From assembly GCA_963796685.1 (NCBI GenBank), contig CAWCMR010000011.1, positions 64,001 through 128,000 of the forward strand: a stretch of 64,000 nt of DNA, read 5' to 3'. Positions within the stretch are counted from its first letter, which is position 1; each line of letters begins with the position of its first letter. Both the position numbers and the translations under genes were made by a program. The DNA is from an uncultured delta proteobacterium. GTDB taxonomy: Bacteria > Myxococcota_A > Polyangia > Fen-1088. Positions 47,060 to 58,853 of this stretch are shown one piece after another. The notes under the pieces were generated by a model that saw only the letters and a list, made by a program, of their open reading frames with translations, ran no database searches and was not told the origin of the DNA.

Positions 47060-47782
47060 TCAGCCGCCTGGCGCGGTCACGACCACGCGCCAGGGGAACA
47101 GGCGCTGTACGCGATGGCCGGCAGGGTAACCTGCCTGCAGGCAAGCCGCCTGCAACTCGGGTACGCGGAAGCCCTTGCGAATCGACAGGCGCCCGTCGGC
47201 GTAGACGAAGCTCTTGTGGAAGGCCACGCCGGCGAGAGCGGTGTAGAGCCAATAGGCTGCGGCCGAGCGTTCGAGGTCGTTGATGAGCATGCGCCGTCTC
47301 GCGGCGAGACGCAGCTTGCGCAGAACCTCAACCACGTCGTCGGGCGGGATGTGATGAAGCACGTGGTTGCAGTAGACATAGTCTGCGGGCTCGTCCAGCC
47401 CGGCCAGGTCGTCGATGCTGCCTTGCCGGATGCGGACCTCGGGGTAGGGCGCGAGGGTTTGCCGTGCGCGGGCCACCGCGCGCGGATCGCTGTCCATGCC
47501 CACCAGACGCAAGTCGACGCCGGCGCGGGCGCCGGCCCGGGCCAGCGATGCCAGCACATCGCCGCCGCCGCACCCGATCTCCAGCACCGTGGCGGGACCA
47601 CCGATGCGCGCGGCATCCGCGACCACGTGGCGGCGAAGCAGGCCGCGCATGCGCGAGAGGGTCTTGTTGATGAGCGCCAGATGCGCGTAGCTGCGGCGCA
47701 GTTTCTCGGCATCGCAATCGCGAGCATCGATGGCCTCGGCTACATAGATTCGATGCTCGAACCGGGAGCCCTTGCCCGGCAT
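47060..47782 (-). CDS. SAM-dependent methyltransferase
   Basis: LEIGCGGGD, NHVLHH, INDLER, DGRLSIRKGF. Confidence 0.85.
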   Translation of the reverse strand: MPGKGSRFEHRIYVAEAIDARDCDAEKLRRSYAHLALINKTLSRMRGLLRRHVVADAARIGGPATVLEIGCGGGDVLASLARAGARAGVDLRLVGMDSDPRAVARARQTLAPYPEVRIRQGSIDDLAGLDEPADYVYCNHVLHHIPPDDVVEVLRKLRLAARRRMLINDLERSAAAYWLYTALAGVAFHKSFVYADGRLSIRKGFRVPELQAACLQAGYPAGHRVQRLFPWRVVVTAPGG

Positions 47783-48900
47783 CACGGGCCCCCCGGATGC
47801 TCCAGCAGCGCCGACTCGAGGGTCAGGCCGGGGCCAAAGCCGCATGCGTACACCAGGCCGGCTTGCGGCTCTCGGCGCACGCGATCGAGCAAGAACCACA
47901 GGGTGGTCGAGCTCATGTTGCCGCACGTGCGGAGCACCTCGCGCGGGATGGCCAGGTCCGACGCATCGATGGCGAGCGCCCTTTGCGCCTGTTCCAGGAT
48001 GGCGGGGCCGCCGGGATGAATGGCCCAATGCCGGATCTGTTCTCGGCTGGCACCCAATTCGTGCAAGAGCGCCTCGAACGCGGAGGGCAGATGCTTGCGC
48101 AGCAGATGGGGCACCCGCGGCGAGAGCGTCATGTGGAAACCGTGGTCGCCCAAGGTCCAGGTCATGTCCTCCTCTCCGCTCGCGAGCAGAAAGGCCCCCG
48201 CGCCCCGCACGGCGAGCGGCGTGCCTTGCCCGAGGTGCGCGTGAGCGTCGCCGCCCACCAAGGCCGCGGCCGCCCCGTCGGCGAACAGGGAATCGGCGAT
48301 CAAGGTCTCCGGGTCGGTGTCGAAGTGGACGTGCAGGCTGCACAGCTCCACGTGGACGATGAGCACCAGGGCCGAGGGATCGGCCTTGCAGATGAGGTGG
48401 GCGAGCTTCAAGGTCGAGAAGCCGGCGTAACACCCCATGAACCCCACATGGGTGCGGTGCACCCGCGGCGAAAGGCCGAGGGTGCGAGCCAAGTGGATGT
48501 CGAACCCGGGAGCCGCGAAGCCGGTACAGCTGGCGGTCACGAGATGCGTGACTTGGGCCGGCCATGCGGAGGGAGCGAGCGCCTGGCACGCTTGCACGGC
48601 GAGCCCTTTGCTTTCGCGGTCGAAGAGCTCGTTGCGCGCCCGGGTGGTCGGCTCCGGGCGAAGGTCGCGTGTGCGGGGAAAGAACGTGCGCTCTTCCATC
48701 GCTCGCCCGTAATCCGCGATGACCGTGTGGCGCCTTTCGATGCCGGACGCCATGAGCAGGCGCTCCACGAAGGCGAGCGCCTCGGGCTCGTCCTCAAACA
48801 CCTGGCGTGCGATGTCCACGGATTGCTCGCGCGTGCAGACGTGTCCCGGCAAGGCCGTGGCGGTGGCGAGGACGCACGGGTTCTTGGCTGGTCCGATCAT
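47782..48900 (-). CDS. Type III polyketide synthase
   Basis: Catalytic triad GFMGCY, IHPGG, GNMSS; LFADG. Confidence 0.92.
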   Translation of the reverse strand: MIGPAKNPCVLATATALPGHVCTREQSVDIARQVFEDEPEALAFVERLLMASGIERRHTVIADYGRAMEERTFFPRTRDLRPEPTTRARNELFDRESKGLAVQACQALAPSAWPAQVTHLVTASCTGFAAPGFDIHLARTLGLSPRVHRTHVGFMGCYAGFSTLKLAHLICKADPSALVLIVHVELCSLHVHFDTDPETLIADSLFADGAAAALVGGDAHAHLGQGTPLAVRGAGAFLLASGEEDMTWTLGDHGFHMTLSPRVPHLLRKHLPSAFEALLHELGASREQIRHWAIHPGGPAILEQAQRALAIDASDLAIPREVLRTCGNMSSTTLWFLLDRVRREPQAGLVYACGFGPGLTLESALLEHPGGP

Positions 48901-50033
48901 GCGGTCTCCTTGGCCCCAGAGGCGTCGCGGACGCGCGTGCGGCGGGCCACCGCAGGCATGAGCCACGGTACCAAGGCCAGCGCGGTCATGGCGGCGCGGG
49001 CAAAAGCGGGGCGTTGCAGGAGGCGATGGAGCGGCATGGCGTTGCGCAGGACCTGGTCGGCCATGGTGCGTGCTTCCTGGGCGTAGAGCAAAGGCGCGGT
49101 GGCGGGCGGAGAGCGCAGGATGTGGCGGGCCGCCAGGGCACCGGTGGCCATGGCAAACGACATCCCGGTGCCGGTGAAGGACGGCAGCATCGCGAACTGA
49201 TCGCCGACCACGAACAGCCCCGGCTCGGCGCTGGCGTCGCAATGGCCATAGGGCAGATTGGCGATGGTCTTGGGCCGGTTCCACCGGGGCGCGGCCTGGG
49301 CGAGCACCTGGGCGAGCAACGGCGCACCATCTGCCAGGGCATCGAGCAGGGCCAGCGGCCCCTGCCGGTGCCGTTGCAACAGCGCCGGTTGCACGAGCAG
49401 GCTGACCGTGGCCAGATCGTCGGCCACGCGGGCAATGCCGCCGTATCCCCCGGCGAAAAAGAACAGCGCCAGGGTTTCTTCGAGGGCGCGCAGCAGCTGC
49501 GGGCCAAGGCGGTCAAAGCTCATCTTCCAGCCGAGCAGGGGGGGACCAGGGGCGGCCCGTCGTTCGTGCAGCTTGCCCGCGCTGTGTTTGCCGGTGGCCA
49601 GGACCAAGGTGCGCGCCGAGAACGTGCGCCCTGGGGTGGCCAGCTCGAAACCGTCTCCGACACGGGCCACGGCACGCACGTGCGCGCCCATCTCGACCTC
49701 CACCCCGGCGTCGCGTGCCGCCTGCAACAGCCAGCCGTCGAGAAAGGCTCGGCTGACGCTTCGTCCTGCGAAGGGCAACTGCAAGCACCAACTCCGGCCC
49801 CGGTTCTCCAGGCGGAGGGTGCGCAGGGTGGCCGCCTGGGCGCGCGCCCAGGGAAAGTCGAGGGCGTCGAGGCGCGCCACCGCTTCCGGCGAGAGGAACT
49901 CGCCACACACCTTGTCGCTTGCCTGCGGGCTGCGCTCGAGCAGGCGACAGCCGACTCCGCCGCGCGCGAGCGTGAGCGCGGCCAAGCAACCCGCGGGGCC
50001 ACCGCCCAGCACCAGCACAGAGCCCGAATCCAT
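48897..50033 (-). CDS. FAD-dependent oxidoreductase
   Basis: GGGPAG, KVCGEFLS, GDQ...PSFTGTGM. Confidence 0.88.
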   Translation of the reverse strand: MDSGSVLVLGGGPAGCLAALTLARGGVGCRLLERSPQASDKVCGEFLSPEAVARLDALDFPWARAQAATLRTLRLENRGRSWCLQLPFAGRSVSRAFLDGWLLQAARDAGVEVEMGAHVRAVARVGDGFELATPGRTFSARTLVLATGKHSAGKLHERRAAPGPPLLGWKMSFDRLGPQLLRALEETLALFFFAGGYGGIARVADDLATVSLLVQPALLQRHRQGPLALLDALADGAPLLAQVLAQAAPRWNRPKTIANLPYGHCDASAEPGLFVVGDQFAMLPSFTGTGMSFAMATGALAARHILRSPPATAPLLYAQEARTMADQVLRNAMPLHRLLQRPAFARAAMTALALVPWLMPAVARRTRVRDASGAKETA

Positions 50034-50048
50034 CGAAGCACGACCAGG

Positions 50049-50355
50049 CTAGCCGCCCTGGCCGCCAGCGACCCGGGCTCGCGCTGCCGAGAGCTCGCCC
50101 ATCACGTGCGACACCACGTCGCCCACGGTTCGAAAGGTCGCCGCGGCCTCCCGGGTGATGCGCACGTCGACCAAGTCCTCGAGCTCGAAGATCAGCTCGA
50201 CGGCAGCGAAGGAATCCAGCCCCAGATCGTCGCGCAGGCGGGCGGATTCGGTCAGCACCAGCGAGGCGGGCTCGCGGGCGGCGACCTTGACCAGGGCTGC
50301 GCCCAGCTTCTCGATGATGTCTTCGCGTGAAGGGACAGCGGAGAAGCTCGGTCAT
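50049..50355 (-). CDS. Acyl carrier protein (probable frameshift near 50340)
   Basis: DLGLDSF...ELED; in-frame upstream has no ATG, and the ATG at 50355 is off-frame. Confidence 0.75.
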
Positions 50356-51626
50356 GATTCATATCTCCCGAAGAGCAGCGACACGTTGATATTGCCGAAC
50401 CCGAACGAGTTGGAGAGCGCCACGCGCGTGCCGGCTCGCGCCTCGAACGCCGTCGCCGCGGTGACCACGTGCAAGGCGCAAGCCGGATCGGGTGACGAGA
50501 GATTGGCATTCGGGGGCACCACGCCGGCTTCCAGGGCCTTCACGCAGGCCAGGGCTTCCAGGGCACCGGCCGCGCCCAGGGTGTGTCCCGTGACGGGCTT
50601 GATGGACGAGACAGGCGTGCGCGCGAGCTCTTCGCCGAACACCAGGCGCATGGCCCGTGCTTCTGCGATGTCGTTCTCGCGCGTCCCGGTGCCGTGCGCG
50701 TTCACATAGCCGACGCGGTCGGGCGTCATGCCGGCGTCGCGCAAGGCGGCCCGCATGGCGGCGGCCGCGTCCTCCCCATCGGGCCGGGCATGGACGGGAT
50801 GGTAGCCACCCAGGCTCTGCCCGTAGCCGCACACGCGCGCGTAGACGCGAGCGCCTCGCGACGTCGCGTGGTCCAGGGATTCGAGCACCAAGGCGCCGGC
50901 GCCTTCGCCGAGCACGAAGCCGTCGCGCCGTTCGTCGAAAGGCTTGCAGGCAGCGCCGGGAGGCCCGGGTGCCTGGGACAGCACGCCCAGCAACGAAAAC
51001 GCGGTCAGGGAAAAATGCGTGAGGGGCGCTTCGGCCCCGCCCGCAACGATCACGTCGGCGTCGCCACACTGGATGGTACGCAAGGCCTGACCGAGGGCGT
51101 GGGCGGAGGATGCGCATGCGCTCGTGACCACGAAACCGGGACCGCGCAGGGCGAGGGCCTCTGCGATCTCCGTGACCATCGCGGTGGCCGACACGCGGGG
51201 AACCGTGTGGGGATGGACGCGATTTTCGTGGGTGCGCAGCACGCGCCACATCTGCTCTTCTTGAAACTGGATGCCGCCGATTCCCGACCCCAGGATCACG
51301 CCGACTCGCTCGCCCAGCGCCGCGTCTGCCGGCAAGGAAAAGCCCGCGTCGCGCCAGGCTTGCCGGCAGGCGACGGAGGCGAGCCTCACCACCCGTTCGG
51401 CACCGCGCGCCCCCGTGGCCCGCGCGGAATCCTCGAGCTCGCCATCGTCCACCGCGGCTTCATAGGGCGGGGCAGGCATTCCTTCGGGCTTGGCCACCGT
51501 GCGGCGGACGGCCGAGGTCCCGCTGCGGACGCGTTCCCAGAAAGTGGCGACGTCGCAGCCGGCCGCACTGGCCACCCCCAAGCCCGTGACCACGACATCG
51601 TTCCTCGCGCGATTTTTTTCCGGCAT
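50352..51626 (-). CDS. FabF-like beta-ketoacyl-ACP synthase
   Basis: VVVTGLG, SACAS, NAHGTGT, GHTLGAAG, SNSFGFG. Confidence 0.9.
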   Translation of the reverse strand: MPEKNRARNDVVVTGLGVASAAGCDVATFWERVRSGTSAVRRTVAKPEGMPAPPYEAAVDDGELEDSARATGARGAERVVRLASVACRQAWRDAGFSLPADAALGERVGVILGSGIGGIQFQEEQMWRVLRTHENRVHPHTVPRVSATAMVTEIAEALALRGPGFVVTSACASSAHALGQALRTIQCGDADVIVAGGAEAPLTHFSLTAFSLLGVLSQAPGPPGAACKPFDERRDGFVLGEGAGALVLESLDHATSRGARVYARVCGYGQSLGGYHPVHARPDGEDAAAAMRAALRDAGMTPDRVGYVNAHGTGTRENDIAEARAMRLVFGEELARTPVSSIKPVTGHTLGAAGALEALACVKALEAGVVPPNANLSSPDPACALHVVTAATAFEARAGTRVALSNSFGFGNINVSLLFGRYES

Positions 51627-51890
51627 CGCGTTGGTTTGATGCCGGGGAGGCCCGCGTGGAGTCGGTCGCCCCCCTGACCGCTGTCGCACTAGGCGCTTTC
51701 AACAGTGAAAACCAGTACTTCGAAGGATAGATTGGGGTCCATGATGGGTCCATACTCTTCCTTCTCGCACTTCCCTCGGCATGGTTTTGCCCGACGCCGG
51801 AGCGAGCGACCTTCGGCCATCCCACGCTCATCGCCTACCTGCGCATGACGCCATGTTGTCATGCTTGACCGGGTAGGGTAGACTGTCCGC

Positions 51891-52307
51891 ATGAGAAACC
51901 CTCATGCTGTCGCGCTAGGTCGCCTTGGTGGGCGAAAAGGGGGAGCGGCTCGCGCATCCCGCATGTTGCCTGACCGTCGGAAAGAAATCAGCAAGCTGGC
52001 GGCATCGGCGCGGTGGGACGGGCGTTTGCCCGAGCTGTTGCGCCCTCTGTTTTGGTCGTATCGCTTCGAGGATCTTCGGCTTCCCGCCTCGAAAGACCTG
52101 GTCATGCTGCACGTGCTGATCTATGGAGATACCAAACAGCGCAACTGGCTCCGGCGTAGGTTTGCCCCCGAGGAGATTCGGCGATGGATCTCGGATTGCA
52201 AAGGCAAGGGTTTGACTGTCGCGCAGATGAGCCCGTGGATTTCAGCGAACATCGCCAAGCGATGGCAGTCGAGCAGCGAAGGTGCTTTGATCTGGGAAAA
52301 CCGTTGA
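51891..52307 (+). CDS. Putative antitoxin (DUF6922-like) with N-terminal GGxKGGxARA...ARW motif
   Basis: LFWSY..EDL...VLIYGD....WL pattern; overlaps the downstream NTase. Confidence 0.6.
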   Translation: MRNPHAVALGRLGGRKGGAARASRMLPDRRKEISKLAASARWDGRLPELLRPLFWSYRFEDLRLPASKDLVMLHVLIYGDTKQRNWLRRRFAPEEIRRWISDCKGKGLTVAQMSPWISANIAKRWQSSSEGALIWENR

Positions 52308-52984
52308 TTGCTCATTGGGAAGCTCTGCCGGCTCGGCAACAAGCCGTTTTCCGGGCTTGCGCGAAGATCTCTCGACGGTGGGGTGCCTACCTCGCCGGTG
52401 GCACCGCGCTCGCGCTTCATCTCGGGCATCGACAATCGGAAGATCTCGATTGGTTCACTCCCCAAACCGTTGTCCCCGACGATCTTCTCGTCGACGTGCA
52501 CGGGTTAGGCTTCCCGACCACGGTCAAGCAGAACGATGAAGGGACTTTCCTGGCAACGGTGGGCGATGTGAAGTTCAGCGTCTTTCGCTATCGCTATCCG
52601 ATGATCGATTGCTTCGTCGAGGTCGATGGCATCAATCTGGCTTCAGCCCGTGACTTGGCGGCGATGAAGTTGGCCGCGCTCATGGGACGGGCGACGAAAC
52701 GCGACTACATCGACGTCCATGTCTTGCTGACCGAAGGGCATCTGTCCTTGCCGGAAATGGTTCGAGCCTTCGAGCAAAAGTACCCGAAACACGAGGCGCA
52801 CGGCGCTCTTCGTGCGCTCACGTTTTTCGGTGACGTCGAGGGAAACATGCCGATCATGTTGGCTCCGACGACCTGGGAGAAAGTCACGACCGATCTTGCG
52901 CGACTGGTTCGACGATATTCCGACCAAGCCTCGCGAACCTTCACCGGCCAGGCCCCGAAGAAGCCGGTTTCTAAACGTTCTTGA
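52304..52984 (+). CDS. AbiEii/AbiGii-family nucleotidyltransferase toxin
   Basis: YLAGGTALALHLGHRQSEDLDWF, AAMKL, KRDYID; TTG start overlaps upstream stop. Confidence 0.85.
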   Translation: MIAHWEALPARQQAVFRACAKISRRWGAYLAGGTALALHLGHRQSEDLDWFTPQTVVPDDLLVDVHGLGFPTTVKQNDEGTFLATVGDVKFSVFRYRYPMIDCFVEVDGINLASARDLAAMKLAALMGRATKRDYIDVHVLLTEGHLSLPEMVRAFEQKYPKHEAHGALRALTFFGDVEGNMPIMLAPTTWEKVTTDLARLVRRYSDQASRTFTGQAPKKPVSKRS

Positions 52985-53024
52985 TTGGCGAACCGCTGAC
53001 AACACGCGCAGATTGAGACTTCCG

Positions 53025-53897
53025 ATGTGGCCGACAGTCGTTCTTCTACTGGGCGTGGTTTTTTCCGACGCCGGCGCAACCGACGCTGGGCCGGCGGGGG
53101 TCGAGGCACCTTCCGTCCGGACCTTCGATTCGCGCTGGAGCCACGTCACCGCTCCCAAGCCGGGGCCGGCCCTATCCATCGGTCAGCCCGGCGCCGGGTG
53201 CGTGCAGGGCGCGGTGGCGCTGCCTTTGCGCGGCCCGGGTTGGATTGTCGTGCACCCCGAGCGCCATCGCGAATTCGGTCATCCCATGCTCATCGCCTAC
53301 TTGCGCAAGCTCGCGGCCCTGGCCCGCAAGGACAAGCTGGGTCTGCTGGTCGTGGGCGACCTCGGCCAGCCGCGGGGCGGGCCCGCGCCAAGCGGGCACC
53401 GCAGCCATCAAACCGGCCTCGATGTCGACATCTGGTACGGACCGTCGCTGCAGCCAATCGTTCCGGGCAAGCAGCCGACTCCCCGAGCGCCTTCCGTCGT
53501 GGACCTGCACACGGGCAAGATGCTGCGGGCGTGGAACAGCCGCGTGGAGCGGTTGATCGAGGTGGCGGCGTCCAGCCCGGGCGTGGATCGCGTCTTCGTT
53601 CACCCCGCGGTCAAGCGCGCCCTTTGCGACGACAAGGCCCTGCGCGGCCCGTGGCTTGGGCGCCTGCGACCCTGGTGGGGACACCAAGATCACTTCCACG
53701 TGCGCCTGCAATGCCCGGAGGACAGCCCTGACTGCGTCGCGTCCCATCCTCTTCCCGAGGGCGATGGTTGCGATGCGCTCAAATGGTGGTTCTCCGAGGA
53801 CGCGCGCAAGACCGCGGCCAAGCGCGGCCCACCCGGAGAGAACGCGCCCGCTATGCCGGAAAAGTGCGAGGCGGTGCTGGGAGAGAAACCTAAGTAA
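53025..53897 (+). CDS. mepA: Penicillin-insensitive murein endopeptidase
   Basis: GDLGQPRGG..SGHRSHQTGLDVDIW, RPWWGHQDHFHVRL.CP. Confidence 0.9.
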   Translation: MWPTVVLLLGVVFSDAGATDAGPAGVEAPSVRTFDSRWSHVTAPKPGPALSIGQPGAGCVQGAVALPLRGPGWIVVHPERHREFGHPMLIAYLRKLAALARKDKLGLLVVGDLGQPRGGPAPSGHRSHQTGLDVDIWYGPSLQPIVPGKQPTPRAPSVVDLHTGKMLRAWNSRVERLIEVAASSPGVDRVFVHPAVKRALCDDKALRGPWLGRLRPWWGHQDHFHVRLQCPEDSPDCVASHPLPEGDGCDALKWWFSEDARKTAAKRGPPGENAPAMPEKCEAVLGEKPK

Positions 53898-54369
53898 TCG
53901 AGCGCGCCAGCGGCACGAAGCGACCGGCGCGGACCGTGCCAGCCGCGGCGATGGCGGAATGGACGGCGGGCACGGCGAGCCCCAGCCGGCCCGACGGGGC
54001 CTCGAGCGGTAGCAGCTTCTTCTGCGCGTCGATCCCCGCGGGCGTCTTTTGCAGCACGAGCACGTCCAGCGCCAAGGGCGTGGTGTCGCCGGGCAAGGCC
54101 CAGGCGATGGTCACCTGATCCTCGCCCACCAGCACGGACACGCCAGGCGCCTGAGGCAGGGGGATGTTTGCCGGCGGCACCTCGGTTTCGCGCAGGGGCT
54201 GCCAGGTCGATACCAGGGTCGCCAGTCGCGCTTGCGCGCGGGTGCGCGTGGCGATATCGGAGCCGCCGTCGACCAGGGTGCGATAGATGGAAATCGCTTC
54301 GCCGATGCGGCCCTGGCGTGCGCACAGCTCGGCCATGGTTTCGGTTTCGTAGAGGTGATCGGTGGTCAT
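53890..54369 (-). CDS. Hypothetical protein with TPR-like N-terminus
   Basis: TETMAELCARQGRIGEAISIYRTL. Confidence 0.65.
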   Translation of the reverse strand: MTTDHLYETETMAELCARQGRIGEAISIYRTLVDGGSDIATRTRAQARLATLVSTWQPLRETEVPPANIPLPQAPGVSVLVGEDQVTIAWALPGDTTPLALDVLVLQKTPAGIDAQKKLLPLEAPSGRLGLAVPAVHSAIAAAGTVRAGRFVPLARSIT

Positions 54370-55361
54370 GAGCAGATTTCCCTCGTGCGTGCGATGTCGG
54401 CCTGGATGGCCGCGACCAGCTCGTCCACGCTTGCGTAGCGGCGTTGCTCGCGCAGATGGGCCACGAAGGCCACCCGCATGCGGGCGTCGTAGAGATCGCC
54501 CGTGAAGTCGAGCAGGTGCGCCTCGATGTACAGCACCGGATCGCCCGGCTTGGTGAAGGTCGGGTTGGTGCCGATGCTGATGGCCGCGGCGAAAAGGGTC
54601 GGGTCGCCGTCGATTCGGCGTGCCCTCCCGGCATAGACGCCGGGTCTGGGCAGGATCTCACCCTCATAGGCGAGATTGATGGTTGGCACGCCCAAGGTTC
54701 GGCCACGGCCGGCGCCGCGCACCACCTTGCCGTCGATTTCGAACGGTCGTCCGAGCAGAAGGGTGGCCCCTTCCACGCGGCCCTCGAGCACGAACTCGCG
54801 GATCTTGGTCGACGAGCAGACGAGGCCATTGGCGGTGACTTGCGGAATGACCGAAACGCCGATGCCGAGGCGTCTGCCCGCGCGGGCGAGGAGGTCGGTG
54901 TTGCCGCGCCGATCTTTGCCGAAGCTGAAGTCCGCCCCGACCACCACGTGGCGCGCGCCCATGTCCATGGCCAAGACCCTTTCGACGAAGTCCTCGGCCG
55001 GCATGCTGGCGAGCTCGGCGGTGAAAGGCTCGACCAGGACGACTTCGGCGCCCGCTTCTTGCAAAAGCTCGATGCGGCGGTGAAGGGGGGTCAGCATGGG
55101 CGGCGCCAGGCTGGGGGCGAAGAAGCGCGCGGGGTGCGGGTCGAAGGTCAGGGCCACGGCCTCGCCGCCCGAGGCACGCGCGATGCGCCGGGCTTCCTCC
55201 AGCAGCGCACGGTGGCCGAGATGAACGCCGTCGAAATTGCCGATGGCCACGGCCGGGCCGCGCAGGGCTCGACCCAGCTCTTCGACCACGTGGTTGCGAC
55301 CTCGAACGGAATGCACTCTTCCGGGATACCGGGCGCCACCTCCTTCGTCAACTATCCTCAT
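54366..55361 (-). CDS. ribF: Riboflavin kinase/FAD synthetase
   Basis: GNFDGVHLGH, SSTKIR, GVPTINL, IEAHLLDF; start uncertain. Confidence 0.93.
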   Translation of the reverse strand: MRIVDEGGGARYPGRVHSVRGRNHVVEELGRALRGPAVAIGNFDGVHLGHRALLEEARRIARASGGEAVALTFDPHPARFFAPSLAPPMLTPLHRRIELLQEAGAEVVLVEPFTAELASMPAEDFVERVLAMDMGARHVVVGADFSFGKDRRGNTDLLARAGRRLGIGVSVIPQVTANGLVCSSTKIREFVLEGRVEGATLLLGRPFEIDGKVVRGAGRGRTLGVPTINLAYEGEILPRPGVYAGRARRIDGDPTLFAAAISIGTNPTFTKPGDPVLYIEAHLLDFTGDLYDARMRVAFVAHLREQRRYASVDELVAAIQADIARTREICS

Positions 55362-55399
55362 TCTCGACTTCTGTCCCGCTTTCGCATCTGATCGCGCCC

Positions 55400-56680
55400 A
55401 TGACCAGGGCTACCAAGCCGCGCGATTGGCCTTTGCTGGACCCGGCGCTCTTCGCCGGAGCGCTGCTGCTCTATGCCTTCGCCATGCCGCTTGGTCTGGC
55501 CCGCGTCGAGGGGGCGTCCCAGGTTGCGGCCGGTATCGCGCTCGACTCGAGTGCTCAGCCGGCGTTCTTGGCCCTGCTCGCCGTGCGCGTGGGGCAGTAC
55601 CTTCCGCTGGGTGACGCGCCCCTGCGCGCCAATCTGGTCTCCGGGGTGTTTTGTGCGCTGGCGGTGGCGTGGGTTGGGCGCCTGTGCTTGCACGCGTGCG
55701 CGCTGCTGCGGCCGCCGATTCATGCGCGGCAGGAGGCGCGGGACTTCGTGCACGAGCCTATTGCCGCGACCGGGGCAGCGCTCGCCGCCGCCTTTTCGCT
55801 CTCGATTTTCGATCTGGGCACCACGTCGGGAAGTGCCGCGGCGACCTTCGTCCTCTTGGTGGCGGCCCTTTTGCCCGGCTTCGCCCTCCTGCGCGACCAC
55901 GACCGTTCGGCGGCGGGATACCTGCTGGCGAGCCTGGCCGGGCTCTCGGCCGGGGTCGACCCCGTGGCAGGCCCCTTGCTCTGGCCGCCCCTGGTTGCCC
56001 TGGCGGTCTGGTCGTTGCGCAAGGGCGCGCGCTGGCCGCTCCTGGCCCCGCTGTGTTTTGTGGCCGCCTGGGGCACCTCGGCCCTTGCCTGCGTGGCCAC
56101 TAGCACCGCGCCGCTCACCTTGGCCAGGCTCGTCGCCCCTTTGGGACGGCTCGGGACAAGTGGCGCGGGCCAACCTTGGGTGGCCGCTGTCGAGCTGGCG
56201 GACGAAGTGGGGGTGGTCGGCTCGCTGCTGGCCGCCATCGGAATCGTGGTCCTGGCCTCCCGCGCGGCGGCGCTGTCGGCGTGGTTGGTCCTGACCCTGC
56301 TCACGTCCCTGCTCTTCGCGCACCTCGCCCAGCGGACGGCGATCTGGGCGCCGACGCGTGCGGCGCTGCCCTTGGCCATCGCCGTGACCTGCGTGTTCGC
56401 GTGTACGGGTCTCTTGCACGTGTCGAGCCGACTCGGAAGGGCACGGGTGGCCGCGGCCTTTGCCCTCGCGGCCATGGTGGTGCTGTCGCCTGCGCTGGAC
56501 AGCGGCCGCGGCCGGCACAGGACGGCCTCGCCCATGCGCCTGCTCGATCGCGCGCTCGAACGCGCCGAGGTGAGCTCGGTGGTGTGCCCCGGCAGCCCCG
56601 AAATGGACGGGCTCTTTCGCCTGGCCCGCGCCCAGGGCCTGCGTCCCGATTTGGTCATCGGCCGCTGCGGCGGCAAGTAG
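55400..56680 (+). CDS. Polytopic membrane protein (DUF2723/GT-C-like)
   Basis: LPLGDAPLRANLVS motif; many TM segments. Confidence 0.55.
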   Translation: MTRATKPRDWPLLDPALFAGALLLYAFAMPLGLARVEGASQVAAGIALDSSAQPAFLALLAVRVGQYLPLGDAPLRANLVSGVFCALAVAWVGRLCLHACALLRPPIHARQEARDFVHEPIAATGAALAAAFSLSIFDLGTTSGSAAATFVLLVAALLPGFALLRDHDRSAAGYLLASLAGLSAGVDPVAGPLLWPPLVALAVWSLRKGARWPLLAPLCFVAAWGTSALACVATSTAPLTLARLVAPLGRLGTSGAGQPWVAAVELADEVGVVGSLLAAIGIVVLASRAAALSAWLVLTLLTSLLFAHLAQRTAIWAPTRAALPLAIAVTCVFACTGLLHVSSRLGRARVAAAFALAAMVVLSPALDSGRGRHRTASPMRLLDRALERAEVSSVVCPGSPEMDGLFRLARAQGLRPDLVIGRCGGK

Positions 56681-56803
56681 CCGCGCCGGGCAAGGGTCGA
56701 AAGTTGCACAGATAATGGGCGCTTGACCGAGGGGGTGGGGTGCTTACCTATCCCGCTGTAACTGATTCAACGCCTTCTGACGCAAAACAAAGGGACGCAT
56801 ATC

Positions 56804-58729
<1,926 letters not shown>

Positions 58730-58744
58730 CCCATCGAGACCCAC

Positions 58745-58789
58745 CGCGCAGCCGCAGCCCTCCAGGTTCTTGGGCGGGCGGGCTGCGCG
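58745..58789 (+). terminator. Possible stem-loop after dnaK
   Basis: cgcgcagcc...ggctgcgcg inverted repeat; weak U-tract. Confidence 0.3.
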
Positions 58790-58853
58790 ATTTGCGAGGA
58801 GGGTCGGTTACGGTGACAGGCATTCTAGCCTGCGCTTCTGCTAGAAAGAGGCG

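Noticed and set aside
56720-56755. Heat-shock promoter or CIRCE upstream of dnaK
   Set aside because: Only a cttgac hexamer is evident; no CIRCE inverted repeat and no convincing -10.
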